Source: Camelus dromedarius
Lineage: Eukaryota
DNA: 64,000 nucleotides
Direction: 5' to 3'
Assembly: GCF_036321535.1 (NCBI RefSeq)
Contig: NC_087438.1
Span: 186,001 to 250,000, forward strand
In this document: one piece after another, positions 1-12,435 of the stretch
Position numbering within the stretch: the stretch's first letter is position 1
How the letters are laid out: every line of letters starts with the position of its first letter
Position numbers and translations under genes: made by a program
The notes under the pieces: generated by a model
The model's database searches: none
What the model was told of the DNA's origin: nothing
Seen by the model: only the letters and a program-made list of their open reading frames with translations

Positions 1-665
1 GTCTCTGATTGTTGAGTTGTAGGGTTTCTTCATATACTCTGGATATGAATTCCTTGTCAGATGAATGATCTGCAACATTTTCTCCCATTCTGTAAGTCGC
101 CTTTTCACTCTATTGATAATGAAAACTGATTCACGAAAGTTCTAAACTTTTAAACATGGTCCTACTGTATAGCACAAGAACTATATTCAGTAACTTGTAA
201 TAACCTCTAATGGAAAAGAATACAAAAGAGCGTATACATACGTATGTGTATAACTGAATCACGATGCTGCACACCAGAAACTAACACAACGTTGTATGTC
301 AGTGGTACTTCATTTAAAGAAAGTTCCACATTTTGACCTAGTCTAACTTACCTTACTTTCTTTTGTTGCTTGTGCTTTCGGTGTCATATGCGTGAAATCA
401 TCACCAGACCCAGTCACGAAGCTTTCCCCCTGTGTTATCTTCTAAGGGCTGTATTTCTACATAGGTCTTCATCCACTTTGAGGTGATTGTTGCACGTGGT
501 GGTAGGTGAGGGTCCAGCTTCAATCTTTTCCATGTGGATGTCCATCTCCCCACCACCATTTGTTGGAAAGAAAGTCCTTTCCCTCCTGAATGATCTCAGC
601 ACCCTTGTCAAACATCATTGACCATATGTGTGAGGGTATTTCTAAGCTCTCTTTTCTGTTCCATT
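1..665 (-). mobile_element. Old LINE-1 ORF2 3' fragment (antisense), interrupted at about 152-318
   Basis: Typical antisense L1 text: tttctcccattctgta, gcttttcggtgtcat-like, caccatttgttggaaaga, tctgttccattggtc. Confidence 0.8.
152..318 (+). mobile_element. Short 5'-truncated L1 3'-UTR insertion nested in the older L1
   Basis: cctactgtatagcaca...aactgaatcac...caccagaaactaacacaac is similar to the 3' UTR at 5700-5860. Degenerate target-site duplication GAAAGTTCTAAACTTTT (135-151) / GAAAGTTCCACATTTT (319-334). Confidence 0.75.
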
Positions 666-3600
666 GGTCTGTACTTACTTGTTTTATACACAAGAAAGTG
701 AAGGCCCAGGGAGGGCCCATAGCTGGCAGAAGTCCCATGATGAGTGGTGGTTAGGCTGGGATGTGGATGTAAGGTGCCCTGGAACTTGCCCTCTTCACGC
801 TGGGAGGTGGGGAGCACGGGGCACCTCTGGCCCGCCCATTCTTCCCACCAGACAGCACCCAGGACAGCTGCGCAGGGCCTCCTCTTGTTATGTAGGTTCA
901 AACCAGCTGCCAGCAATTCAGAGAAGCTTTAAGATGGCAAAGTTCCCATTGAAATTGCCTTCAAACAATGCAAAGAGCCATAGAGGGAAACACCTGTCCG
1001 CAAGCCCCCAAAGGGCAAATTCCAGGGAGGCCGGGAAGATTCAGGACAGCAGTGGCAGCCAAAGGGGTTGAGGGAGGCCTGGGGGCTCCCTGTGGGGCGA
1101 GCCCTCCGCCCCTAGGCAGCTCACAGAAACCCACCACCAAGACTGTGCCTGAAGACACCCACTGCCCAAGCCCACCACTCCGTCCGTCCAGGGCAGTGCC
1201 TCCCTGTCGTGTGAAGCACAGGAAGGTCCACCCGACATTTGTACAAGGGGCGAGTCAGGGACTAGAAGAAACACCTTAGAGCCCCTGCAACCTGCAGCTG
1301 CTTATCTCAGAGACGGCTGAAGACGCTGCATGCATTAAAAAGGAATCAGTTCTAGGAGAGGGAAGTAGTACAGAATGAGAAATCACTCTTAGAAGTTAAA
1401 AATAGAGTATTTGGAAATATCTAGAAGGGAAAAAGTTAAGGACTAGAGAAAACTGTAGGGAGGAAAAATTCAAAACAACAAAGGGGCATTTTCCAGGGCT
1501 AAGGCTGGTGAGGTGAATTTGATGGACAGGCTGCAGGGAGGACCACAAAACCCCGGCACAAGGAGGGAGGACACAGGTGCAGGGCATGGGCAAGGGGCCG
1601 GAGCTCAGACACGTGGAGGGAAGCGGTTTCCAAGCTGAACGTCCTGGGTGAATCAGGAGATAGTTTCCGATAAATGTTCCTCCCACATTCCATTCCTTTA
1701 ACTGGGCGGTTGCTGGAGGGTGTGCTCCAGCACAACGGAGTGAGTGGACCTCGAGGAGGCTGGCTGAGCGGGCAGTGGCCTGGAGGGACCTTCTGTGTGG
1801 GGTGTGGGGGCTGAGATGGGCTGACTCATGGAGCTGCCGAAGGATGTGGAGGGCAGGCAGTTTCAAAGAAAACCAGGCAAGTGAGTCATTGTTCACTGGG
1901 GGCTGGGGTTGTGCAAGAAAGGAAATAACTCTGGGGAGCTGGCCTCTCCCCACTCCTTCCGCCCCCCCCCCCCCACTGCCCCCACAGTGGCTGATTCTGG
2001 GCTGGGAGGCTGCAGCAGGTACAAGGTGGATGCAAGTTCCTGCACTGCCCTCTCCCCATAGACCCCAAAGTCAGGAAGTGACGGACGTCGGGTGGCTCTG
2101 CTTTAAGCTGAAGGAAATGGGAAATGACAGGCCAGATATTCCGGGAAGACTGTTCCAGTCAGAGGCAACAGCACCTGTGAAACCCCTGGGGAGGCCCGGC
2201 TGCTTCTGGAGCAGGCAGAAGAGAGGGCAGAGCCTGGAGGGTCTTTGCTGCCCACTCTTCGCAGGCATGGGCTCCCTGCAAACCCTGACCCCGCACATGA
2301 GTGCCCCGGACAAAGCCAGCCTCTGCCTTCCTGGCCACAGCCCCCAGGACCAGCCAGTTCCAGGGAAGGGGGCACCATCCCTCCCCTGCTCCATGCCCCA
2401 GGGGCAGTGAATATCCAGGCTCATGGTTTCCCACTGGACCCTCAAGTTGGGTGAGACCCCCAAGGGTCTGCTGAGGGTGGGGACGTGCCCACCACTCCCA
2501 GCTCCTGCTGACAGGAGCCTCAGAGGAGCAGATGCCTGCGCAGGGCCAGCCACCTGGTGGGCCTGGGGTCTGCAGGGGCCTCAGGGTGACTGGCGCAGGG
2601 CTGCTGGCAGCAGGGTGGGGGTGCTGAGAGGTGGAGGTGAGGGCTGCAGTTAGACCCGGACAGGACCGGCTCTGCCCACCCCCTGAGGGTCTCTTACCTT
2701 CTGACACCTCATCTACTCCCGTGCCCATCCACCACAGCCAACACCTCTGGTGTTCAGCAGCAACCCTGGAATCATGTTTTATTGACTCTAATGTCCCGCT
2801 GAGCCAGTGGAGTGCCTGGTTCATTTCTGCTTCACTGCCTTGCCAGATACCACGTGGCTTTAATGCAGTCCTGCACCCTCCGCCACACCAGGCCCTTCCC
2901 AGATGGACACCCACTAGGGGCCCCCCCCCTTCCTGGGGCCTCTGTCCCGGGGCCTCCTGGGGGTGGAGGGTTTGGGGAGGTGCCTGGGGCCCCCACTACT
3001 GGGCCCTTCTCCACCTGCAGATGGGGACCCTGAGCCCTGCAAGGAGGCTCCTGCAGATGCGAGGGTGCAGGTGCGTGTCGACCACCCTCCCCCGGGGCCT
3101 GTCCTGCCCCTTCCTGCCCCAACCCGGCCGCAGGCCAGGCTGCCCCAAGCTGACAAATCTTGCAGGATCCAAGCTTTCGCCAAGAGTGGGAAGCTCTGCC
3201 TGGCTGTCCACCTCCTGCACGGAGGTGACTTCTGATGCAATTGAGGCTGGACAGGGAGGGGGACTCGAGAGCTACCCACAGAGATAACAGCAGGGAGCCA
3301 CCCAGCGGCTCTGGACAGAATGCTCCACGTCCTCCTCCGGCCTCCAGGGGAAGTGAGGTGGGAGAGAGAAAGCACAGACCTGCACAAGGGCTGCTCAAGT
3401 GACAGGCACTAGCTATCCCCGACCAGGAGTGCGGTCTGGCACCTGTGCTGGGCACTGCAGGGTGACAGCACACCTCTGTCTGCCTCTGAGGACGGCCGTG
3501 GCTGTCTGGGGAGGGAGGAGGACACTGAACCACTGGGAGAGGGCAGGCGGGCAGGGCCAGGCTGGCAGATCATGCTTATGTGGCTGTCACATCACTGAGC

Positions 3601-4825
3601 TCCCAGAACGGCCACATCTGGGACACAGACTTGGGGACACAGAAGTGGGCAGTGGGGGCTGGGTGGCACCTGGGGGATTTTCTCTTTTCCCAGCTCTTCC
3701 CTGATGGGTGTGGGTCACCCTCCCACCCTGGGAGGACAAATGATCCAGGAAAGAGGAATTGGTCCCCCGCTGGTTGAAATTGTGGGTGGAGCGGGAGGAC
3801 TCAGCAACTTGGAGCCTGTTTAAAGTGGGGGGTCCTGAGCTGGGAGGGGTCTCTGAGGAGAAGGCTGCCTGAACTGTGGCCACAGAGGGGAGACACTGCG
3901 GGTTGGGGGGTGTGTCCAGCTGTATTTGGATCCATGTGATGGGAGTGGGGGCAGAGTGGTCACCACGGTGAAGACGAAGGGGCATCCAGACATTTGCTGC
4001 AGCCTGCTGTGTGTCTGCACGACCTGTATGAGCAGAAAGCCCTGAGTCACGACGCTCCAGTGGGAACGCTGCCCAGGGCTCCCACCAAGGGGGCTCGCCC
4101 TGGAATCCTGGGACATCACAGGTGACACCTCCCTGAGAAGGGTTATCCTGTTTGTGTCCAGTCCCGCCAACCCACAGGGTCTGCAGAGCCCACAGGCTTT
4201 GGGGACACAGCCGAGGTGGGTGGTTTGAGGGCAGGAAGGGGAAGTGGACACTTTGGTTTTCTCCTGCATGTTGGCTGCATAGCTTGACCTGCCCCCAGGA
4301 AGCGGCAGCAAGAAGCAATGAGGAATCTCACTCAGGCTGCTTCCCGATGGGACAGCGTGGGTAACTGGGACTGGTGCCTGGACAGCAACCTAGAAAGGGT
4401 GCTCTGAGATATGTAGGTGCTGTCTTTCCATGCAGGGGACATGCTGGCTCTTACAAATCCCCAGATCCTCAGGGTACCCACTCAGGTGTCCTCACCCACC
4501 TTCTTGGGTCCGAGGGTCCCCCACAGGCCTTGGATATGACAGGACAGACCCACCTTACCTCTGCCACGCCAAGATGTGGCCCCTGAATGTCACACACATG
4601 CTTACTTATTCTCATTAATAAAAAGACAACCTACAGTAAGATACAAAAGCACTCCATGCTCCTTGCAAAATGTTCAGGAGTTGTAGAAATTTTAAAAAGT
4701 AAAAAGAAATTAAAGTTCACTTGTAACCTAAGTTATTTGCCCAGAATTTTTCTGTGCATAACGCACTTTACAAAACTTGGATCAAGATTTAACTGTTGAT
4801 TTTAACAACTTAAAAAATACAGCAA

Positions 4826-5881
4826 AACAAAAAGACAACCTATGGAACAGGAGAAAATATTTGTAAAAAATGAGACTGACAAGGGCTTAATTTCCAAAAT
4901 ATATTAACAGCTCATACAACTTATTAAAAAAAAAAACACCCAATCCAAAAATGGGCAGAAGACCTAAACAAGCAATTCTCCAATGAAGACATACAAATGG
5001 CCAATAGGCACATGGAAAAATGCTCAATATCACTAATTATCAGAGAAATGAAAATCAAAACTACAATGAGGTATCACCTCACACCAGTCAGAATGGCCAT
5101 CATTCAAAAGTCCACAAACAATAAATGCTGGAGAAAAGGGAACCCTCCTACACTGCTGGTGGGAATGTAGTTTGGTGCAGCCATTATGGAAAACAGTATG
5201 GAGATACCTCAAAAGACTAAAAATTGATTTACCATATGATCCAGTGATCCCACTCCTGGGCATATATCCAGAGAGAACCTTAATTCAAAGAGAAATATGT
5301 ACCCCAATGTTCATAGCAGAACTATTTACGATAGCCAAGACATGGAAACAACCTAAATGTCCACTGACAGATGACTGGATAAAGAAGATGTGTTATATTT
5401 ATACAATGGAATACTACTCAGCCATGAAAAATAATAAAATAATGCTACTTGCAGCAACATGGATGAACCTGAAGATTGTCATTCTAAGTGAAGTAAGCCA
5501 GAAAGAAAAAGAAAATACCATATGATGTCACTCATATGTGGAATCTAAAAAAAAAAGACAGATGAATTTATTTACAAAACAGAAACAGACTCAGACATAG
5601 AAAGTGAACTTATGGTTACCAGGGAGGAAGTGGGTGGGAAGGGATAAATTGGGAGTTTGAAATTTGCAGATATTAATGACTATATATAAAATAGATAAAC
5701 AACGAGTTTCTACTTTAGAGCACAGGAAACTATATTCAATATCTTGTAGTAACCTGTTATGAAAAGGAATATGAAAATGAATATATGTGTACATATGTAT
5801 ACCTGAAACATTATGCTATACACCAGAAATTGACACAACATTGTAAACTGACTATACTTCAATAAAAAATATATAAAAATT
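4826..5881 (+). mobile_element. Relatively young 5'-truncated LINE-1 (ORF2 C-terminus, 3' UTR, A-tail)
   Basis: ORF 5172-5525 reads as the L1 ORF2 C-terminus ([13 protein letters not shown]...WKQPKCP...MEYYSA). AATAAA and an A-rich tail follow. TSD TTAAAAAATACAGCAA (4810-4825) / TTAAAAATAACAGCAA (5882-5897). Confidence 0.92.
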
Positions 5882-6932
5882 TTAAAAATAACAGCAATAT
5901 AGCTGCATGCTGTTTCATATCAAAAAATAATATAAGACTATTTACTCAGCTGACACTTTGAGCCCCGGCTCTGCTGTGTCCTTCCTTGGATAAAGGTGAA
6001 CAGAACAGACTTGGTGGGTTTACCTGTTAGCAGGAGCAAAGAAACACCTGCTGTCATTTCAGGCAGGAATATGCACTATGAAAGCAGAGCAGGGAAAGGA
6101 GATGGACAGCGTGGACTTGGATCTGGGGTGGACGTTCTCTCTGAGGACACAAGATCAGGGAGCTGGTCCCGCTGGTGTTTGGAGACGAGCTTTCCATGAG
6201 GGCAGCAAGGGGAAAGGTCCTGAGGCACACGTGCTGTCTGTGAGGGTCTGTGAGGTGTGGAGGGAAGCTGGGGCTTTGGGTGGAGGCAGGATTTTGCTCG
6301 TAGCCTGGTAGGTGCGGGAGTGACACCCTGGGCTGCTAGTGACTGAGGAGGGGTCGGGGGTGGGCGCTGGAGCGCGGTCGGTAGGGCTTGGATAAGGACA
6401 GCAGTTGGTGCTGAGGGAACGCAGGGAACCACGGAGGGGGTAACCGAAGCAGGACCCCGAGCGAGGACAGAGGCGGCAGATCGGTCTGAGATCTCCAGGG
6501 GCCCCACAGACATTGGGCGGAGACCCCGGGATGTGAGGCCAGGCTCACAGGGTGTCCCGGGGGCTCCGGTGTCGTCATGCGATGGGAGCCCAGTGAGGGA
6601 AGGGAGTGCTTTCAAAGTCAGGATGTGTCCGCCAGACGGTCAGCATGGAAGAGGGGGAAGGAGCAGCCCAGGGATGGGATGGGCCCCGCTGGAGGCCTCG
6701 GGAGAAGGGATGGGGGGTTCGGGAGCCCACAGCGCGGGAGGGTGTAGCAGGCGTCCACCGCCGCTCACCCGCCTGGTGCGAACCAGATACGCCGAGACTG
6801 AGATTTCGCACATACTGCCCTGTGGCTCCGGGGAAGTTCAGGGTCAAAAGTATTATATTAATGTTTTTAATTGTAAAAATCTTTAGTCCTTTTGATTCTA
6901 GTAACAACCCAGTTGGAGCAGGCGGGGCAGGA

Positions 6933-6939
6933 CACGCTA
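6933..6939 (-). promoter_or_regulatory. XRE/DRE (AHR:ARNT site) TAGCGTG
   Basis: CACGCTA on + is TNGCGTG on -. It lies in the CpG island next to a GGCGGGGC box. Confidence 0.55.
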
Positions 6940-7282
6940 CATAATCGAATCCGGGCGCCGGGACCCCGAGGCTAGTGGAGCCTGAGCCTGGCACCTCCGC
7001 ACTCAGAGGTGCGCGCTCCGCCTCGGCGGGTGCAGGTGGAAGGGGCGGGTGACTAGGGGCGAAGAACAGAGGGCCTGGGGCTCTCGCGGGGATCACGGGG
7101 ACCTCGAGGGGCGCAGGGCACCCCAGAGCCGACAGACCCTTGGGGAGACCACGAGGACGCGAGAGACGCAGGGCGGGACCCCACCGTGGCGCCCACGGAC
7201 CATGGACCACCGACCTGGGCGGGGATGCGCGCGCGCGCCCCCTACCGCCTCCCCGGCTCGGTTGGCTCCGGGGCGGGGCGGC

Positions 7283-7289
7283 TCGCGTG
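7283..7289 (+). promoter_or_regulatory. Proximal XRE TCGCGTG next to an Sp1 GC box
   Basis: GGGGCGGGGCGGC-TCGCGTG-CCGGGGTGGGG is a consensus XRE flanked by GC/GT boxes. AHRR is a known AHR target gene. Confidence 0.7.
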
Positions 7290-7299
7290 CCGGGGTGGG

Positions 7300-7430
7300 G
7301 CCGTCCTTCCGCGGCTGCAGCCGCCGCCTGGTCCCCGAGATGCGAGTGCCGGCAGTCGAGCCGCCACAGCGCCTGGTCTGGGCCGTCTCCTCCCGCGGGC
7401 GCGCCTGAGCCTCCGCGCCCCGCTGGCCGG
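7300..7430 (+). other. AHRR: AHRR putative non-coding exon 1 (5' end unknown)
   Basis: Ends at a consensus donor CGG|GTAAGT (GT 7431-7432) inside the CpG island. An in-frame TGA at 7406-7408 means it would be 5' UTR relative to the ATG at 16160. Confidence 0.65.
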
Positions 7431-9834
7431 GTAAGTGTCCTCCGCCGGCCCCGCTCCACGATGGAGACCCCTGCGCAGAGCCCTCTTCCCAAGAATCCCC
7501 CTCCCTCCGGCTCCCGTTCTCAAGTCGCCAGGCCAGGGGTCCAAGGGGCAGCAGTCACCTAAGAATAAAAACTGGACTTCTGAGGGAAGCCGGTCCGCTT
7601 CCACTGTTCGTGGTCCCCCAGTTTCCCTGCCCGGGAGCGTCAGATCCCACCCGTGTCGGGGGAGATGGGCTCCTGGCCCTTTGCTCTTGGCCCAGTTTCT
7701 TTCGGAAACGTTTTGGGCACTTCGAACTGGCCCGCAGAGCTGCCCCAGGGCAGCTGGTGGGGAAGGGCCCCTAGCTGGTGTCCCAGAAATGAGGGTGCGC
7801 AGCTCGGCCTCCTTCAGGGCAGGGAGCACCAGGCTTGGTTCTCACACTCGGAAAGGGCAGACGGAAGGCGCCTGTTCCAGGAATTCGCTGGGTTTCAGTT
7901 AGTGGTACCAATAAAGTTTTTTTCCCTAATGTCTTACTTTGAGTGGTGGAAAATCCCAAATCATGGATACTTTGTGAGAGGTACAGGCCCTCAGGGACCT
8001 GCCCTGAGGTTGTTGCTGCTCTGACTCCCACTGGGGAGGGGGCTGCCCAGAGGGCAGGTGACCAGCCCATCAGAGGTCAGAGGCCTTGGGCAATTTGCCC
8101 TTGGGTTTCTCCCTCTTTCCTGGTTGGTTTGAAGGACTGGGGCTGGAGGCATCTCCCCACCTTGGAAGGGTCCAGTGGGTCTCCAGCTGTGGCCGCCCCA
8201 TGACTCATGCAGGGCCTCTGTCCTCCAGGGGCCAGGCGCAGAAGCGGGTGCGTGACTGCGTGCCCTGAGGCATCTGCCCCGAGCTCTGGGTACGAGACAG
8301 CTGTGAGCTGGCCCTCTCCCTGCCTGGTCCGCAGCCCAACCCCCCAGGGGCACTCTGCAGGCGGCCTCTGGCGGAGGCGGGCTCCTGAGCCTGGCCAGCC
8401 TCCGCCCAGTGTCCGCCATCAAGGCCTCAAGCCTGGCTTCTGGGCCGGAGCCCCATGGTGGTGGCGGAGGTCTCAGGACCCACTCAGTGCGGCCCTGACG
8501 GGTCTGTGCCGATGGCCTTAGCCATCCAGCAGCTGTGGCTGGCAGGCTCCCTGTTTCCGGATGAGGACTTCCAGGTGGGCACCGATGGAGTTTCCCTCTT
8601 GGTCCCTGTGGAACGGGGACTGGGGAGCACACACCGGGGCGGAACCCGGGCACCGCTGCGGGGCATGGGGCTTCTTTTATTTTTGGTTTTTGCTTATGTG
8701 TGTTTTCTAAAATGGAAAACCACAAAAGGTTCTTATAAAAGTTCAGATTTCTCAAGAAACACAGCCTGCTCAGAGCGTCTGTGGAGGCTGGCGCCCATCC
8801 TGCCTCAGGGGCACATTTCTGTGGGGAGTTTGGTCCAATCCAATAGGGGCTTCATCTTTTTGAGGGGCGTGCACAAGTATTTGTTAAATGGAGCCTACAT
8901 TTAGGATTCCTAGGGCAGGACTCGGCCAGAATCGGACCCCAAGCTGTGGCTTTTCCAGGGGACTCTGCTGCCCCTTTGACTTCTCCCCGACCCCAGCAGG
9001 GCACCTGGAGAATGTGATCTGCCCAGCTGCTCTTTGCCACAACCAGTGTTGTAGGGCCATTCTGAATGCTGAGCTGGAGACATGAAGGGGACGTGGCTGT
9101 GTAGGCCCCTGGGCAGGCGGAGTGTGAGGCTGGGGAGGGGCTGTGCTCTGGAACCTGGGTCCCATCTCAGCTCCTGCCATGGGGAGGGGATTTTGGATGA
9201 AGGAAAGCGAGGAGTTGGCACTGCCTCCCCTTCAAGTGTCCCCCCACCCCTCCTCATCTTCTGCGTTGACCCCCACGGCACAGCACCCCTGCTCTGCACC
9301 TGGATGGTCTCCTGGGGCTGGTGAGGTCAGCTGCCACCTTTCCCTTTGACCGTGAGGGCTGCCCAGTGGGTTGCTGAGTGCCCAGCTCCTCTCAGGGTGC
9401 GGGGAGGCATCCCTGGCCTTCGGCCTGGCCTGGTGCGGCTATGGCCTCTCCTGTGTGAGTTGAGGAGCCCTGTGGTGCAGGCGGGACGGCCTTGCAGGCG
9501 GCTCCATCCACCGAGGGAAGTGCAGGCCGCTTCCGTGGTGGCTGCGGCTCAGGACGAGACCGAGAAAGCTGGACCCTCCCGAAGCATCGGTTCACTCCTT
9601 CCTGCTCCAGCCTGCGGCCACCGGGACCGGTCTGGCTTACTTGCCCCAACTCATCTCTCCAGACCTCTCCTGTTTCCTCTGCCACATCCTCCTCAGCAGC
9701 TTGAAAACCTGCTTTTGGTCCCCCGGCCCTGCCGCTGCCGCCTATCCCTGCCTGGTGTGCACAGCCCCCCGGAATGCGCACCCCGCCTGGCTGGATGCTC
9801 TCTCCTGCCAGCCCCTCCTCCTCACCCCCCAGAA

Positions 9835-11165
9835 ACTTCATTTATATTCATACACACACTTGTGTTCTTTGTCTTTGTTGAGGTAAAATTCACCAAACGC
9901 GAAGCTCACCATTTAAGTTTACAGCTCAGTGGTGTTTATTTAGTTTATTGCTGCTGCCCACTTCATCTAATTCCCAAATGTGTTCTTCATCCTGGATGGA
10001 AACTCTGTACACATTAGGCAGGCACTCCCCACTCCCTTCTCCTCTGGCCTCAGGCAACCATTCATCCACTTTCTGTCTCCATGGATTTGCCTGTTCTGGA
10101 CCTTTCACGTAAGTGGAATTAATCTGTGTCCCTTTGTGTCTGCCTTCTCTCATGTGCCATCATGATTTCAAGCTTTATCCGTGTTGTCAGGTGCATCAGA
10201 GCTTCATTCCTTTTTGTGGCTGAATAGTATTCCACTGGATGGATAGACCACATTTTGTTTCTCCATCAGCAGTTGACGGGCATTTGGGTTGTTTCTACTT
10301 TTGGACCCTTGTGGATAATGATGCTGTGAGCACCTGTGGGCCAGGCTTTATTTGAATACGTTTCAGTTCTTTTGGGCACACACCTGTGAGTTGAATTGCT
10401 GGGTCATATAGTGACTCTATGTTTGACTTTTTGAGGGAATACTGAATTGCTTTCCACAGCAGCTGCACCATTTTCCATCCCCACTAGCAAAGCATAGGGG
10501 TCCCATTTTCTCCACATCTTCACCAACACTTACTGTTTTCCATTTAAAAAATGTTTTCCATTTTAGCCATCCTCGTGGGTGTGCAGTGGTGTCTCACTGC
10601 AGGTTTCACTTGCATTTCCAGTGGCTAAGGATGTTGAGCACCTTTTCATTCACTCACAATCCATTTGTATACTTTTTTTGGGGAGAAATGTCTGTTCAAA
10701 TATTTTGCCCGTTTTTGATCGGATTGTTTGTCTCTTGCTGAGTTTTGAGCATCCTTTACGCGGTGTGGACACTACAGCCTTCTTAGATGCACGATTTGCA
10801 AGTATCTTCTCTTCACTTTCTTGATGGTGTGCTTTGAAGCCCAAGTTTTAAATTCTGATGAAGTTCAACTTACCTAGTTTTTCTTTGCTTTGCTTTGCTT
10901 TTGGTGACATATGTAAGAATCCATCACCATCTTTAAGATCATGAAGATAGAGCCCTGTGTTTTGTCCAAGAGTTTTATAGCTTTGGCTCTTACACTTAGG
11001 TCTTTAGCTAGTTTTGGTTAATTTTTATAACCAGTGTGAGGTCGAAGTCCAACTTCACTCCTTCCAGGTGGACGTCCAGTTGTCTCGCACCTTTTGATGA
11101 AGAGCTCAATTCTCTTTCTGCATTGAATGATCTGTTGTTGAAAATGAATTGACCACTGCGTGTTT
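9835..11165 (-). mobile_element. Old L1 (L1MA/MB-like) 3' end and ORF2 tail, antisense
   Basis: ggcaaccattcatccactttctgtctccatggatttgcctgttctggac, ggctgaatagtattcc, gatgttgagcaccttttcat. Confidence 0.85.
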
Positions 11166-11199
11166 CTTCCTATACCACATTTCTCTTTTCAATACTTTA

Positions 11200-11420
11200 A
11201 AAAACTTTATTTTGGAAAATTTCAAATTTTTTACAAGAGTGGAGAGAATTCATACTGAGCGTATTCATCAAGCAGCAGGGATGGCCTGCTACCAACAGCG
11301 GCTGAGCCGGTGTCACTCACACCCCAGCTGCTCCCTGGATTAGGATCAAGCGAACCGCGGGCAAGTCATTCCCTCCCATGGGTGAGCCTGTGTCCCTAAA
11401 ATGTGTGGACTTAAAAAAAA
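11200..11420 (-). mobile_element. Highly diverged L1MC/ME-like 3' fragment
   Basis: actttattttggaaaatttcaaattttttacaagagtggagagaa plus a degenerate downstream match. Confidence 0.5.
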
Positions 11421-12435
11421 AAACAGCTTTTTATGGTTTTTACTTAATTTTTGGGTTGGACTGAGGGACTTTAATTAATGTAAAGAAGTATTAACTACAA
11501 CAGTGAAAGGAGGATCTCGGGATTGAGGAAGCACCCCCAGGGGGCACCCCAGATATTGGGTGTTCAGGCCTCGTTGAGAAGGTGTGTTCAGCCCCTGGGA
11601 TGTGAAGATGGTCACTGAGTTTCCCAGCCTCTGGCCGAGCTGAGCAGGAACAAAGGGACACATTGGAACCTAGGAACCAGAAGCCCTCACTCTGGCAGGT
11701 GCCCCGTGCTGGCTGGGAAGGAGAGGAGCTGGAAGGGTCCAGCCTGCCGAGTGGAGCAGGCCTGGACAAGCTGCCTAGACAAGCTGCCTAGACCCTGGCC
11801 CGGCCTCCAGTACCGAGCACCAAGTACCGAGCACCAAGTGGCGGGTAATGCTTCGGCCGGAGCTACCGCATCTCCCGCCGAGACTCCTGGACGTCTGGGT
11901 GTGTGATGAGCCCCAGACACGTTGTGATCACTGTTGTCTGAACAGTCAATTCTCTTTTAAAGCTATTTCAAGAGTAAGACGAGCCCTGCGTTTCTGCCTC
12001 GCAGTAGCCACTTCCTGTGCTTTCTGTTCCGTCGCGTGGACCCATGTGACCATCTGGTATCGTTTTCCTCTGGCCTGAAAGACACTTTTCCACATTTGTT
12101 ACAGTGGGGTCAGCTGGCAATGAATTCCCTCAGCTTGTGTGTGTCTGCGAAAGTCTCTACTAACTTTCATTTCTAAAAGGTTGTTTCGCAGGATTTGGAA
12201 TTTCACGTTGAGGTCTTCTCTGCCGGTGCTTTGAGGATGCGACCCGCCGTCCCCTCCTCCGTGTTCCTGGCGTGGCGTCTGCCCTCACACAGGCCTCTGC
12301 TCTTTGTGCCCAGTGCTCTTTTCTCTGCGGCTTTTAAGATGATTTTGCTTCTTGCCAGTTGTGGGCAATTTCATTATGATGTGTCTTAGGGTAATTTTCT
12401 TCCTGTTTCTGATGCTTGGGGTTCATTGACTTCTT

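Larger units (their letters stand above)
6900..7480. promoter_or_regulatory. AHRR: CpG island / TATA-less promoter of AHRR
   Basis: Very high CpG density (e.g. gcgcgcgcgcgc near 7227-7238), a GC box GGGGCGGGGC at 7270-7279, two consensus XREs, and a strong donor at 7431, all upstream of the first coding exon. Boundaries are approximate. Confidence 0.8.

Noticed and set aside
5172..5525. 117-aa ORF as a protein-coding gene
   Set aside because: It is the C-terminal remnant of L1 ORF2 in a 5'-truncated insertion.
1..6900. 3' exons of PDCD6, the upstream neighbour of AHRR in human
   Set aside because: No penta-EF-hand coding sequence was recognised; if syntenic, it lies before the window.
6575..7492. 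305-aa minus-strand ORF across the CpG island (antisense gene?)
   Set aside because: Low-complexity Pro/Ala/Arg/Gly content typical of stop-poor GC-rich DNA, non-ATG start and no recognisable domain.
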